This document shows positions 5,924-15,998 of a stretch of 37,809 nt of DNA, piece after piece. This stretch comes from a virus (taxonomy: Duplodnaviria > Heunggongvirae > Uroviricota > Caudoviricetes), in the IMG/VR virus record IMGVR_UViG_2657245124_000003. One strand, 5' to 3'. Below the pieces are notes generated by a model, which saw nothing but the letters and a program-made list of their open reading frames with translations, had not been told where the DNA came from and did not search any database. A program made the translations under genes and the position numbers. Numbering within the stretch: the first letter of the stretch is position 1; the number at the start of each line of letters is the position of its first letter.

Positions 5924-8749
5924 ATGACGGCAGAGTACATCAGGGACTGGCAACAACCGCGCCACGCCGTGGGGCGTGAAGGAACGGGGATCCCCGCTCC
6001 TGAATCCGCGCTTTCCTCCTGGCTGGATGCCTACCGGGCAGAGAACGAACGCCGCCAGGAAATGGCTGATGCGGCGTTCTCCGCCACGCCGCTGGGCAAC
6101 CTGATTAATAAAAGCCTGGACGCACAGGAAAAACAGGACAAAACCATCACACTGGCAGGAGACGCCAGAAAACAGGCACGAGGCGCGGTGGATGAAGCCA
6201 TGGCCTCGCTGCACCTGCTGCCGTCCTATCTGCGCGATCCGCTTATTCGCCACCTCTCCTTCCTGCGCAAAAAACAGGAAGCCGATCGCCGGAAAGGCAA
6301 AAAGAGCTGGCAGGCGGAACGCTATGCACGCGGAACCCTGCGCAAAATATTCGAACGTCTGGATCGCACTGACGGACACTGGCTGACACCGGGTTATCGC
6401 TCCCTTGCCGGACGCGAACGCCTGGACGATTTGCTTTACCTGCCGCAGCTCAACAAACACCAGATACAGACGCTGGCCACCATGACGGCGGCGATGTTCA
6501 GCAGCACCTTCGAAAAACTCTGCGATGGCTTTGGCGCGACCGATGGCGAGCTGACCATGGATGTAACGCTGAAGGCGTATCAGATGCTGGCCCGCATGGC
6601 GTTACACCTGCACGCCATGCCTCCACATTATGACGCACTGACAACAGACAAAGACCGGAGGAACGAACCAGACACGGAGCTGCTGCCGGGCGCAATCCTT
6701 CGCCTGACCTGTGCGGAATGGTGGAAACGCAAACTGTGGCTGTTACGTTGCGAGTGGAGAGAAGAACAACTCCGCGCCGCCTGTCTGGTTTCCAGAAAAA
6801 CATCACCCTATCTGAGCCAGGACGCGTTAAGCGAGTTTCGCGCACAGCGCGAGAAAACACGCGATTTCCTGAAAAGTTTCATGCTAGAAAATGAAGACGG
6901 GTTCACGATTGATCTCGAGACGGTGTATTACGCGGGAGTAAGTAACCCGGTTCACCGTAAGGCAGAAATGATGGCCACCATGAAGGGACTGGAACTTCTG
7001 GCCGAAGCCCGTGGCGACAGAGCGGTGTTTCTGACTGTCACCTGCCCGTCAAAATACCACGCAACAACGGAGAACGGTCATCCGAACCCCAAATGGAACG
7101 GGGCCACCATGCGCGACTCCAGCGATTACCTGGTTAACACGTTTTTTGCGGCAGTCCGCAAAAAACTGAACCGCGACGGTCTGCGCTGGTATGGCATCCG
7201 CACGGTGGAGCCTCACCATGACGGCACCGTGCACTGGCATATGATGGTCTTTGCTCATCCGGAAGAAATCGACAGCATCGTGGCCATCACCCGCGATATT
7301 GCCATTCAGGAAGACCGCCACGAGCTGGGCAATGATATTACTCCGCGCTTTAAGGTGGAGTATGTCGACGGCTCAAAAGGCACACCAACCAGCTATATCG
7401 CGACCTACATCGGAAAAAACCTGGACAGCCGCGCCGTGGATGGCATCGACCCGAAAACGGGCAAGCCACGCGTTGACCACGAAACCGGAAAATCAATGGC
7501 CGAGAGCGTGGAACGCGCCATCGGCTGGGCGCGCCTTCACCGGGTCCGCCAGTTCCAGTTCTTTGGTATCCCCTCCCGTCAGGTGTGGCGTGAACTGCGC
7601 CGCCTTGCCAGCCAGATGGCACGCAACCCGGAAGGCCCGCAACGGCTGAAGGATGACGCAATGGACGCGGTACTCGCTGCCGCTGATGCCGGATGTTTTG
7701 CCACCTACATTGAGAAACAGGGTGGCGTACTTGTTCCACGCAAAGACTACCTGATTCGCACCGCCTACGACCTCGCAGATGAGCTGAACGATTACGGTGA
7801 ACAGAGCGTACAGATTTACGGGATCTGGTCGCCACTCATTGGGGAGTCTTCCCGCGTATGCACGCATCCGGATAACTGGAAGCTGGTAAGACGCAAACCG
7901 GAAGCGGAAGACAGCGCCCGCGAAAATGGTTTTGACCTTCAGGGCGGCCCTGCCGCCCCTTGGACTCGTGGCAATAACTGTCCCCGTGTACAGGAAACGG
8001 ACAACAACGGGGCAGAACAGCCGGAAGAACGGCCAGCACCGTGGCCGCAGCTCCCTGACGGCGTTGAAGTGAACGAATGGATGCGCTCACTGAAACGGCA
8101 CGAACGCCGGGCGCTGATGCGTTCGCTTCGTGACAAACAGGCAAAAAACAGCAGTGATGAAATGCAGAGCTGGACACAGAGCCGCAAACAGCAGCGGCCT
8201 TTGCCTGATAACCACGAATTACTCGCTAAAGAATGGCGGGAGTCTGCCGAATCTCTCGGCCTGCATATCGGTGAACAGCAGATGCAGCACCTGCTACGGG
8301 GCGGCAGCCTGTACGTTGACGGCAGCATCATTGCACCGCAGGGATATGAAATTGTACGCAAACCGGATACCCGCCCGGACAGCCGAATCACGCAGCTCTG
8401 GCAGCACCTGAGCCGTAATCACGGCGTAAGCAGCACGGAGATCCGCCATAACCCGGTCGCCAGCTATCTGGAGCAGCTCGGGGCATCAGACCCCGAAGCC
8501 GCCGCACGCCTGGCATCCACAATTCAGCAGGACCAGAACACCATGAAAACTCCCGTTACCGTGCTTTCTGACATGCTGCGCGCCATCCGTGACACAGAGC
8601 ACGCACAAAGAATCAATGAAACCACTGAACGCGCACGCCGCAAGGCTACTTTGCTCCAAAAGAGAGGCAAACAGCACTTTAGTAATCAAAATGATGATGA
8701 GAAAAAACAATTACAAAGTTGGATATGCCTTTTCCATCATGAGGGATGA
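5924..8749 (+). CDS. A: P2 gpA-type rolling-circle replication initiator/endonuclease
   Basis: 941 aa; HUH motif (HDGTVHWHMMVF) and catalytic tyrosine region (PTSYIATYIGKN) typical of P2 A; longer than P2 A at the C-terminus. The true start may be downstream of 5924. Confidence 0.8.
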   Translation: MTAEYIRDWQQPRHAVGREGTGIPAPESALSSWLDAYRAENERRQEMADAAFSATPLGNLINKSLDAQEKQDKTITLAGDARKQARGAVDEAMASLHLLPSYLRDPLIRHLSFLRKKQEADRRKGKKSWQAERYARGTLRKIFERLDRTDGHWLTPGYRSLAGRERLDDLLYLPQLNKHQIQTLATMTAAMFSSTFEKLCDGFGATDGELTMDVTLKAYQMLARMALHLHAMPPHYDALTTDKDRRNEPDTELLPGAILRLTCAEWWKRKLWLLRCEWREEQLRAACLVSRKTSPYLSQDALSEFRAQREKTRDFLKSFMLENEDGFTIDLETVYYAGVSNPVHRKAEMMATMKGLELLAEARGDRAVFLTVTCPSKYHATTENGHPNPKWNGATMRDSSDYLVNTFFAAVRKKLNRDGLRWYGIRTVEPHHDGTVHWHMMVFAHPEEIDSIVAITRDIAIQEDRHELGNDITPRFKVEYVDGSKGTPTSYIATYIGKNLDSRAVDGIDPKTGKPRVDHETGKSMAESVERAIGWARLHRVRQFQFFGIPSRQVWRELRRLASQMARNPEGPQRLKDDAMDAVLAAADAGCFATYIEKQGGVLVPRKDYLIRTAYDLADELNDYGEQSVQIYGIWSPLIGESSRVCTHPDNWKLVRRKPEAEDSARENGFDLQGGPAAPWTRGNNCPRVQETDNNGAEQPEERPAPWPQLPDGVEVNEWMRSLKRHERRALMRSLRDKQAKNSSDEMQSWTQSRKQQRPLPDNHELLAKEWRESAESLGLHIGEQQMQHLLRGGSLYVDGSIIAPQGYEIVRKPDTRPDSRITQLWQHLSRNHGVSSTEIRHNPVASYLEQLGASDPEAAARLASTIQQDQNTMKTPVTVLSDMLRAIRDTEHAQRINETTERARRKATLLQKRGKQHFSNQNDDEKKQLQSWICLFHHEG

Positions 8750-8830
8750 GATGTGAATCGCTAACCGAATATTGTGTTGAATAGAATGCAATTGATATAA
8801 TTCTCCTTAATTCATTGAAAACTGGATTTT

Positions 8831-8846
8831 TTGCATAACTATGCAA
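8831..8846. promoter_or_regulatory. short palindrome upstream of the methyltransferase gene (possible operator)
   Basis: ttgcat-aact-atgcaa inverted repeat in the AT-rich leader about 90 bp upstream of the 8935 start. Confidence 0.2.
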
Positions 8847-8934
8847 ATATCTATGGACGGCGACGATGTTTTTTATCGGGAAAACTCAAGTGCCATGTTA
8901 AGATTATGTTTATTTTTTACTGAGAAAATCGTGG

Positions 8935-9780
8935 ATGACAAAGCCTTCTCATTTTAGAACCCCTCTTCGTTATCCGGGAGGTAAGGCAAAATTCTTGCCA
9001 CATATTGAACAAATACTCCGCAACAATGATCTCATTGGTGGATGTTATGCTGAACCTTATGCAGGTGGAGCCGGTGTAGCATTAGGTTTGCTCCTTAACG
9101 GTCTTGTTGAAAATATCTTCATAAATGATATTGATCCTGCCCTTTATTCTTTTTGGTTTGCAGTGGTTAATCATAACGATCTGTTATGTGAAATGATTGA
9201 TGAAGTTCCTGTGACTATTGAAAATTGGCATACTCAAAAGGAGATACTCCTAAACAATGATAAATATAGTATGCTTGAAGTCGCATTATCAACTTTCTTT
9301 TTAAATAGAACAAACCGTTCAGGAATACTTAAGGCTGGCGTTATTGGAGGGAAAGAACAAAAAGGACCATGGAAGTTAGATGCAAGATTCAACAAAAAAG
9401 AGTTAATTAAAAGGATTGAACTAATTGGTGCATATAAGGAGAAAATTTACGTATCGAATTTTGATGCTGTAGATTTTCTGCTACACCAAAAAGCATTGCT
9501 ACCCCAAAATAGTCTAATATATCTTGATCCACCTTATTATGTTAAAGGAGCAGAGTTATATAGAAATTTTTATAAACATGATGATCATGTAAAAATCGCT
9601 AATACACTACGGGAAATTCAACTACCTTGGGTTGTGTCTTATGACAATGTGCCTGAAATAAAAAGCATATATCATGAATTCAACATGACTGATTATACGC
9701 TTAATTATACTGCACAAGATAAGAAAAAAGGTCTAGAAATTATCATTTATAATCATGGTATAAAAATCCCTGACATTTAA
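8935..9780 (+). CDS. D12-class N6-adenine DNA methyltransferase (Dam-like)
   Basis: 281 aa; motifs YPGGK, EPYAGGAG (FxGxG SAM-binding), FLNRTNRSG and DPPYY (motif IV) in the order characteristic of Dam-family methyltransferases; strongly AT-rich compared with flanking phage genes. Confidence 0.8.
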   Translation: MTKPSHFRTPLRYPGGKAKFLPHIEQILRNNDLIGGCYAEPYAGGAGVALGLLLNGLVENIFINDIDPALYSFWFAVVNHNDLLCEMIDEVPVTIENWHTQKEILLNNDKYSMLEVALSTFFLNRTNRSGILKAGVIGGKEQKGPWKLDARFNKKELIKRIELIGAYKEKIYVSNFDAVDFLLHQKALLPQNSLIYLDPPYYVKGAELYRNFYKHDDHVKIANTLREIQLPWVVSYDNVPEIKSIYHEFNMTDYTLNYTAQDKKKGLEIIIYNHGIKIPDI

Positions 9781-9797
9781 ATTTAAGGATGATATAG

Positions 9798-11495
9798 ATG
9801 ATTAAAGAAATTAGTTTTAAAAAATTTAAGAAACTGATAGATATTGACTTCTCATTCAATGAAGACATCAATATAATATCAGGAACCAATGGGACATGTA
9901 AGACAACATTGCTTCATTTAATTAGCAATGGTTTCCAAATGCCACCATCTCGATCACAAAATTATTCAAATAGTAATTGTGTTAGAGTTATAAAATCTAT
10001 AAACAAAATAGCCAACCCCAAAATGGAAGCAATTGTTAGGGAATCAAAAAATTACACCGATCCGGCAGAGGGAACAAAAGGTGTGTTATTTTCTATTAAC
10101 TATTTGGATCATAGCACACTAGACTTCAGAAAGCACAACTCAAAAAATCCAGACGAAGCGCAACGGTATGCTATCAAACCAGTATACCCACGCGGAAAAG
10201 AAAAACAATCACTTCCAGCTAAACCAGTTTTATATCTTGGATTATCGCGACTATTCCCGATTGGTGAAACTAAAGACGACGCCCTTACAAAAATTCCGTT
10301 AAACCTACCAGAAGAGTATGTTGGTTATATATCGAAAATATATAATGAACTTTTGGGCATTAATATTATAAATATAGAATCAAACAATATCGGAGATTTT
10401 AAAGCTGGCCCATTATTTGATACCGATAACCCAGCAATTGATTCTAATACCATATCATCCGGGGAAGACAATATATTCATTATAATCAAGGCATTAGTTA
10501 GCCTTAGGTATTATTTTGAATCACTTATTCAATCCACTGATCAAAAAGAAAGCATTCTGTTAATAGATGAATTTGATGCCACTTTACATCCTTCTTTACA
10601 GATAAGATTATTAGATAAAATTTATCAATACGCAAAAGATTATAAGATTCAAGTATTTTTCACAACGCACAGTCTGACATTGCTAGAATATGCTTTTCAT
10701 AAAAAATACCATGTTGTCTATCTAATTAACAATATTACAAAGGCTCTGCTTTTAGATAATCCTGACATATTAAAAATAACAATGTATCTGAAAACACAAA
10801 CAAAGGATGAGATATACACAAGGAACAAGATACCAGTTTTCACGGAAGATGAAGAAGCTCGCTTTTTATTTAATGAAATACTTGGTTATTGGATAAGCAA
10901 ATATCCAAATTTTGCTATAGTTAGTAATTCATTTCACTTAATTGATTGTTTCATTGGTGCAGACAATTTAAAAACTATTTTTAATGATTCTCATCTTAAG
11001 GAAACCTCGTTAAAATCAATTTGTATTCTTGATGGAGATCACAGCCCTGAGGATCAGAGAGGAATTATATCACTGCCGGGAGAAAAAGCTCCAGAACAAT
11101 TGATATTTGAGCATTGTGAGCACCTTTATAATACCGACGACTCTTCCTTCTGGGAAAATCAGGATATAATTAACAATGGTTTTTCGAAAGAGTTATACTT
11201 ACTCAAGATACGTCCTCAACTACAATCAATTGAAACTGAAATTCAGAAAAGAAAAGACAACCATGAGTCTACATCCGGTTTAAGAAGAAAATTAAATAAG
11301 AAAATATTCAATCAGCATATTGAATTCTTTAGAATGATTACAAGAAACTGGTTAGACAAACCAGAAAATCAGAAATCTCTCCAGTATTTTTACAATGGAT
11401 TACGATCCTTATTCTACCGGGTTACACCAACAAACGGCATTGACAGAAAAATTTGGGATTTTGACTATAACAAAATCATTAAAGAGGATAAATAA
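9798..11495 (+). CDS. ABC-type ATPase with C-terminal TOPRIM-like region (OLD-family / fused PARIS-like nuclease candidate)
   Basis: 565 aa; Walker A GTNGTCKTT, signature-like SSGEDN, Walker B LLIDEFDATLHP, H-loop FFTTHS; C-terminal region has a conserved acidic patch (VFTEDEE) followed by a DxD-type motif (ILDGDH), consistent with TOPRIM/DUF4435. Only 17 bp from the methyltransferase stop, same strand. Confidence 0.6.
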   Translation: MIKEISFKKFKKLIDIDFSFNEDINIISGTNGTCKTTLLHLISNGFQMPPSRSQNYSNSNCVRVIKSINKIANPKMEAIVRESKNYTDPAEGTKGVLFSINYLDHSTLDFRKHNSKNPDEAQRYAIKPVYPRGKEKQSLPAKPVLYLGLSRLFPIGETKDDALTKIPLNLPEEYVGYISKIYNELLGINIINIESNNIGDFKAGPLFDTDNPAIDSNTISSGEDNIFIIIKALVSLRYYFESLIQSTDQKESILLIDEFDATLHPSLQIRLLDKIYQYAKDYKIQVFFTTHSLTLLEYAFHKKYHVVYLINNITKALLLDNPDILKITMYLKTQTKDEIYTRNKIPVFTEDEEARFLFNEILGYWISKYPNFAIVSNSFHLIDCFIGADNLKTIFNDSHLKETSLKSICILDGDHSPEDQRGIISLPGEKAPEQLIFEHCEHLYNTDDSSFWENQDIINNGFSKELYLLKIRPQLQSIETEIQKRKDNHESTSGLRRKLNKKIFNQHIEFFRMITRNWLDKPENQKSLQYFYNGLRSLFYRVTPTNGIDRKIWDFDYNKIIKEDK

Positions 11496-11735
11496 TGTAT
11501 TCTAATAGAATATAAACATCAAAGCTATATTCTTTACACATATCAAGAGTAAAAAATAATTTAACTTTATACATAACGACCTCTTTTACAAATAAGTAGA
11601 AAAGGTCGTTATAACTCTCATCTCCATAGCATGTAATTTTCTTTGCATATTTTCACATAACAGTCAGGGATGTATTTATAAGCAACGTCGTATACATAGG
11701 CTCAATTTTTCTATAAATAAACACTCCGTTCGGTT

Positions 11736-11762
11736 TGCACAATAGTGCACAAATTTGCACAA
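11736..11762 (+). repeat. three TGCACAA direct repeats at exact 10-bp spacing
   Basis: TGCACAA at 11736, 11746 and 11756, with a fourth copy at 11828 next to an A7-CGCG-T6 palindrome; lies in the gpA-hotspot/Q intergenic region where P2-type cos and packaging signals are expected. Confidence 0.5.
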
Positions 11763-12186
11763 TTTTTTTGAACGACTTTTTGCCCTTCCGGCCCGCATGG
11801 CGGCTGGATCCGTCAAGGATCCGTGCGTGCACAAAAAAACGCGTTTTTTCTGCGCGCAGGTGACGGGGGAACAGCCCGCGTTTCAGGGGGTAAATAGCAT
11901 TCCCTTAACGATGTCGCAGCGACACGACAGAATGGCCGTATTTCTCACGCTGAGCGTGAAAAATACGTGAGGGATTCTGGTTTGATGGGGTGAAAGGTAA
12001 GGCCGTCAAAATCGCACTGAGGCGGCGAGAACATGCAGTCAGCGCAGTGGGATTGCGTAAGAGTCTGACCGTCGATGATGGCAATAAGCAGGAAAGCGTC
12101 GTGAAATTATCTGACTGATACAGGAGCTGGAGAGTCGGGGCATAAATTTTTTATGCCCCGGCGAAGCAGCAGACAAGCGAAGCGCG

Positions 12187-13233
12187 TCAGGATGTGGGCT
12201 GGGTATCTAACAGTGCGTAAGGGTTAAAGCGGATCACCTCTTCGCCAAGCCAGTCATTGATGTGCTTCATGGCCTCCATGACGGGCATCAGCTCGTTAAT
12301 TGCGTAAACCCGCACGGCCTTCTCCACATCACCAAACGCACTTTTTTCGCCCGGCATCGCCCCCATCAGTTGCGGCGGAACGCGGTGCGCAGCCAGCACA
12401 TCATCACGGGATGCCGCCTTAACATTCATGAACTCATCTTTTGCGGTGATCTGCTGGAACGGCAAAATTTGCACCCCCTCTTTGCCCCCGTTGGGCGCAT
12501 GAATGAGCACGTTTTTAAACGCACCACCACCACGTGCCCCCTGTAGCGTTTCTTTCAGGGAGTCCATGCTTTCGCGGTTTACCTGCGCTGCACCGATGTA
12601 GATGATGCACCCGGCGTGGGATCCGTTGTCGTAGTACAGTTTTCTGAACATGTCCGCCGAATGAGAAAGGCTGGCCGAGAGTAATGCGCCAAGATATTCC
12701 GGCATGCCGTAGATTTCCTGGTTAATATCCGGATTCATCAGGTGGCACACTTTGCCAGGACGAAACTGGAACGCGTCCTTGCCATCCTGCACATACCACC
12801 ATGATTCAAGATCGCTTCCGCGTCGCATGTATTTCGCCAGGGCGTGCCGTAATTTAAGCGGTTCGCCGAGCATATTGCTTCGGAGCTCAAGGAATGCGTT
12901 ACCGAACACAAACCAGTCCAGCGCCAGCGCCGAGAAATCCTGCCGGGAAAGCAGCGGGTGCGGGATGTAGCAACCGAGTAATACATTGCGCTTAAAGTAA
13001 AGCGCAGACTGATGCCAGGACGTTTGCCGGGCAGCTCTTGCCAGACCGTACCAGTCCACCGGGGTTTCATACCACCGCCCGTTATCAGCACAGTACATAT
13101 TGTCCAGCAGGTCATGCCCGGTCAGGCGATAAGGACCATCAAATGTGAATGCACTGAGCGATGATTCTTTCCTGAGCGCATCAGCGAGATAAATGCGTGA
13201 ACTCATGCGCGCTTTTTTATTTTTTCTGCTCAT
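12187..13233 (-). CDS. Q: portal protein (P2 gpQ-like)
   Basis: 348 aa (P2 Q is 344 aa); position and divergent orientation relative to O-N-M-L as in P2. Confidence 0.8.
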   Translation of the reverse strand: MSRKNKKARMSSRIYLADALRKESSLSAFTFDGPYRLTGHDLLDNMYCADNGRWYETPVDWYGLARAARQTSWHQSALYFKRNVLLGCYIPHPLLSRQDFSALALDWFVFGNAFLELRSNMLGEPLKLRHALAKYMRRGSDLESWWYVQDGKDAFQFRPGKVCHLMNPDINQEIYGMPEYLGALLSASLSHSADMFRKLYYDNGSHAGCIIYIGAAQVNRESMDSLKETLQGARGGGAFKNVLIHAPNGGKEGVQILPFQQITAKDEFMNVKAASRDDVLAAHRVPPQLMGAMPGEKSAFGDVEKAVRVYAINELMPVMEAMKHINDWLGEEVIRFNPYALLDTQPTS

Positions 13234-14984
13234 CAGAACTCCATAACCGTGAAACGCTCGTTTTCTCCTTCGCCGCCAATCGGTTCGTTAATGACAGCAA
13301 GCATGGTTGCCCACGCAAGGTCGCCGTGGCTGATCCCCCTCGCTCGGTCCGTTTCGTAAGTGATAAAGCCGCCCGGTGTTTTCACCTTACGCACGGCGTT
13401 AAAGGCCGCGACCAGCTCGCGTTCGGCGCGATCGTATTCCCACCGCCCGGCACGCATTATTTGCAGCATTTTCAGTACCAGCGACCGTTTTGATGACAGC
13501 GTGAAGGTGTACGGAATAGCAGCAGGGAAAAACCGCTTCACTATCTGATAAACAGCCTCCCCGTTCCCGCCCGTCACATCAATGCCGATGTGTTCCACGT
13601 TGTAGCGATACGTGAACTCTTCAATGACTCTGGCCTGTTCTTCAAACTCCAGCCCCTGAACGCGTCGCGTCTCCACCGTTCGAAAACGGCCACCAGGAAC
13701 AGCCGGAGGAACCACCACGGACACAGCGCCGCTGTCGCCGTTGCCACTACTGCCGTTTGCGTCATACCCAATCCATACCGGACGATTCCCCATCGGTCGG
13801 GGAGCAAAAGGTTTCCAGTCTTTCCAGTCGTCGTATCCGTCAACACCGCAGCCAATCAGGATATTCAGGTTAAATGCCGATTCCCCTTCGCGGACAAACT
13901 CACACATATAGAGATTGAGGAACTCGTCTTCGGTATTTTCATCACGAATTTCGTCGATATCGGTGTGTTTCCAGCCGTGATTAACCACATCTTCCAGCGT
14001 GACAATTTGCCGCCACGTCCGGTCAGGGCAGATAAGCCCGTTATGCAGCGTATTCCAGTCCACAGAAAAACGCTGGCGTTTATGCGTGGCCTTTTTCTCG
14101 TTCCAGCGGTCGCCGTTCCAGTAGGCGTATGCTTCGTGCGTTTCGGTGGATGGCGTGGAGAAGTAGGTGCGCCGCAGTCCGCTGAGGGTTGCCATAGCGC
14201 CAGCCACCTTGCGCAGTTCAGCAAAGCGACTGACCCAGAAAAATTCATCAAAATAAAAATTGCCCGTATAGGACTGCGCCGACGCAGCAGAAGTGCCGAG
14301 AAAATGCAGCTCTGCGCCGTTGGAGAGGATGATTTTATCGCCCCCTTTCAGCTCCACATCAACTTCAGCCGCGGCCTTCTGAATAATGCTTTTAAACTGG
14401 AACGCCTGACGACGCGACGCAGACAAAAAAATCTGGTTACGCTGGTAAGGTTGCGCCACATCGTCACGCAGCGCCATCAGCAGTGCTTCCTGTGCAAAAT
14501 ACCAGGTCGCCCCAATCTGTCGGGATTTCAGGATCATCCTGTTACGTATCCCGGCTTCCCTGCAAAGGGTCAGGGAGTCAAACCAGCCCCGCTGATGCCA
14601 CTCCAGCCTGCTGATGATTTTTTCCCGCAGTGCGGCAATCTGTTCCGGCGTGAAATGATTTTTGAGTTTTTTCGCCCGGCCTTTCTTTCCTGTGGCCGTC
14701 GCATCCGGCTGGCCATCATGCAGTTTTTTAAGCTGCCGGGTCAGCAGGTCTATTTCCTTAAAGTCACCGCCTGTTTTATTCTGTTTTTCAGTAAGCTGGA
14801 TGAGGCGCGCATCGATGGACTGCGTGACACGCTGCACGGGTGGCGTTTCATCCCACTGGTCGCGTTTTTTCCACGCATAAATCGTGTTCGGGTTTATTCC
14901 CATCAGACGTGATATTTCTGCGGGCGGATAACCCTGCCAGTAAAGTTGTCGCGCACGCTGGCGCACAAAAGCGTCCTGAATCAT
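13233..14984 (-). CDS. P: terminase large subunit (P2 gpP-like)
   Basis: 583 aa; gene order Q-P on minus strand; start overlaps the Q stop. Confidence 0.8.
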   Translation of the reverse strand: MIQDAFVRQRARQLYWQGYPPAEISRLMGINPNTIYAWKKRDQWDETPPVQRVTQSIDARLIQLTEKQNKTGGDFKEIDLLTRQLKKLHDGQPDATATGKKGRAKKLKNHFTPEQIAALREKIISRLEWHQRGWFDSLTLCREAGIRNRMILKSRQIGATWYFAQEALLMALRDDVAQPYQRNQIFLSASRRQAFQFKSIIQKAAAEVDVELKGGDKIILSNGAELHFLGTSAASAQSYTGNFYFDEFFWVSRFAELRKVAGAMATLSGLRRTYFSTPSTETHEAYAYWNGDRWNEKKATHKRQRFSVDWNTLHNGLICPDRTWRQIVTLEDVVNHGWKHTDIDEIRDENTEDEFLNLYMCEFVREGESAFNLNILIGCGVDGYDDWKDWKPFAPRPMGNRPVWIGYDANGSSGNGDSGAVSVVVPPAVPGGRFRTVETRRVQGLEFEEQARVIEEFTYRYNVEHIGIDVTGGNGEAVYQIVKRFFPAAIPYTFTLSSKRSLVLKMLQIMRAGRWEYDRAERELVAAFNAVRKVKTPGGFITYETDRARGISHGDLAWATMLAVINEPIGGEGENERFTVMEF

Positions 14985-15138
14985 TGCTCCCCCTGAGTAA
15001 TTACAGGAAGATTACCCGCGCGCGAAACCGTTCTCCTTAACCCCCTGTTCTGCCTGTTTTCTTACAACAAAAGCCCTTTGTATCAGCCTGTTACGCTTTG
15101 CCATCATGACTGAAGAACCAGTCAGAGGGGCAAAAACT

Positions 15139-15975
15139 ATGGCTAATGAAAAAAAGACATCCCGCAAAAAGTTTCGCGTGGCTGTCTCCGGTGTAACGGC
15201 AGACGGGCGCGAAATCAACGGCGACATGCTGAAAGCTGCCGCCACCAGTTATAACCCGTCCGTTTATGGTGCACGTGTGAATATTGAGCACATCCTGTCA
15301 CCACTCCCCGGTAGCGAGTTTTCCGCTATGGGCGATGTTGTGGGGTTGAGCACCGAAGACATAACCGATGGCCCGCTGGCAGGTCGCACGGCACTGTATG
15401 CCGAAATTGAGCCGACCGCTCGCATGATGTCCCTGCTTAACGATGGTAAAAAAATTTACTCCAGTATTGAGCTGGAACCACAGTCAACCATCACGGGAGG
15501 CCCTTACCTGCGCGGGCTGGCAATGACCGACACCCCCGCCAGCCTGGGCACGGAACGTCTGGCCTTTGCGGCACAACAACGTATGCAACTGATGACATTC
15601 AACTGTCAGCAGGGAGACGTGGCGATGTTTACCGCCGCTATGGAGTCAGAACTTATCGAACTCACCGAACAACGTCAGGAGGAAGGCACCCAGTGGTTTA
15701 ACCGCGTTATGGGGATTATTGGCCGTGGCCGCAAAGCGGATGACGCCAGTTTCTCCCGTATTCAGGAAGTGGTGGAAGGTGTCGCAACGTCACAGGCCGA
15801 CATTATCGACCGTTTTAATGTGCTGGAAACCCGCCATCAGCAGGACAGCCAGAAAATCACTTTACTGACCACAGAGCTGGCAGAACTGAAGGAAAAACTG
15901 CGCACGCAGGACGGCGATCCGCAGAACCGGTTCACCGCAACAGGCGCAGCCTCCGACCAGCTGGCTGACTTCTGA
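15139..15975 (+). CDS. O: capsid scaffolding protein (P2 gpO-like)
   Basis: From internal ATG (MANEKKTSRKKFRVAVSGVTADGREINGDML...VYGARVNIEHIL), which aligns with the P2 O N-terminus (MAKKVSKFFRIGVEGDTCDGRVIS...VYGCRINLEHL). Confidence 0.75.
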   Translation: MANEKKTSRKKFRVAVSGVTADGREINGDMLKAAATSYNPSVYGARVNIEHILSPLPGSEFSAMGDVVGLSTEDITDGPLAGRTALYAEIEPTARMMSLLNDGKKIYSSIELEPQSTITGGPYLRGLAMTDTPASLGTERLAFAAQQRMQLMTFNCQQGDVAMFTAAMESELIELTEQRQEEGTQWFNRVMGIIGRGRKADDASFSRIQEVVEGVATSQADIIDRFNVLETRHQQDSQKITLLTTELAELKEKLRTQDGDPQNRFTATGAASDQLADF

Positions 15976-15998
15976 TAAGACAAAGGAGCAAATTTTTT

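Noticed and set aside
6192-8710. Multiple ORFs embedded in or antisense to gpA (e.g. 6498..6860, 7350..7835, 7939..8391)
   Set aside because: They lie inside a well-supported long reading frame and have Arg/Cys/Pro-rich translations typical of out-of-frame GC-rich DNA.
9798-11495. Gabija GajA as the identity of the ATPase-TOPRIM protein
   Set aside because: Gabija requires an adjacent UvrD-like helicase (GajB); the only neighbour is a methyltransferase, so a standalone OLD-family or fused PARIS-like protein is the better reading.
11755-11970. 71-aa ORF in the cos-proximal intergenic region
   Set aside because: Lies across repeats and palindromes with no ribosome-binding site and odd composition; most likely a chance frame within a packaging/regulatory region.
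12136-12160. Intrinsic terminator for the Q-P operon
   Set aside because: Perfect palindrome (cggggcataaa-ttt-tttatgccccg) but no flanking T-run on the minus strand; recorded only as a hairpin, not called a terminator.
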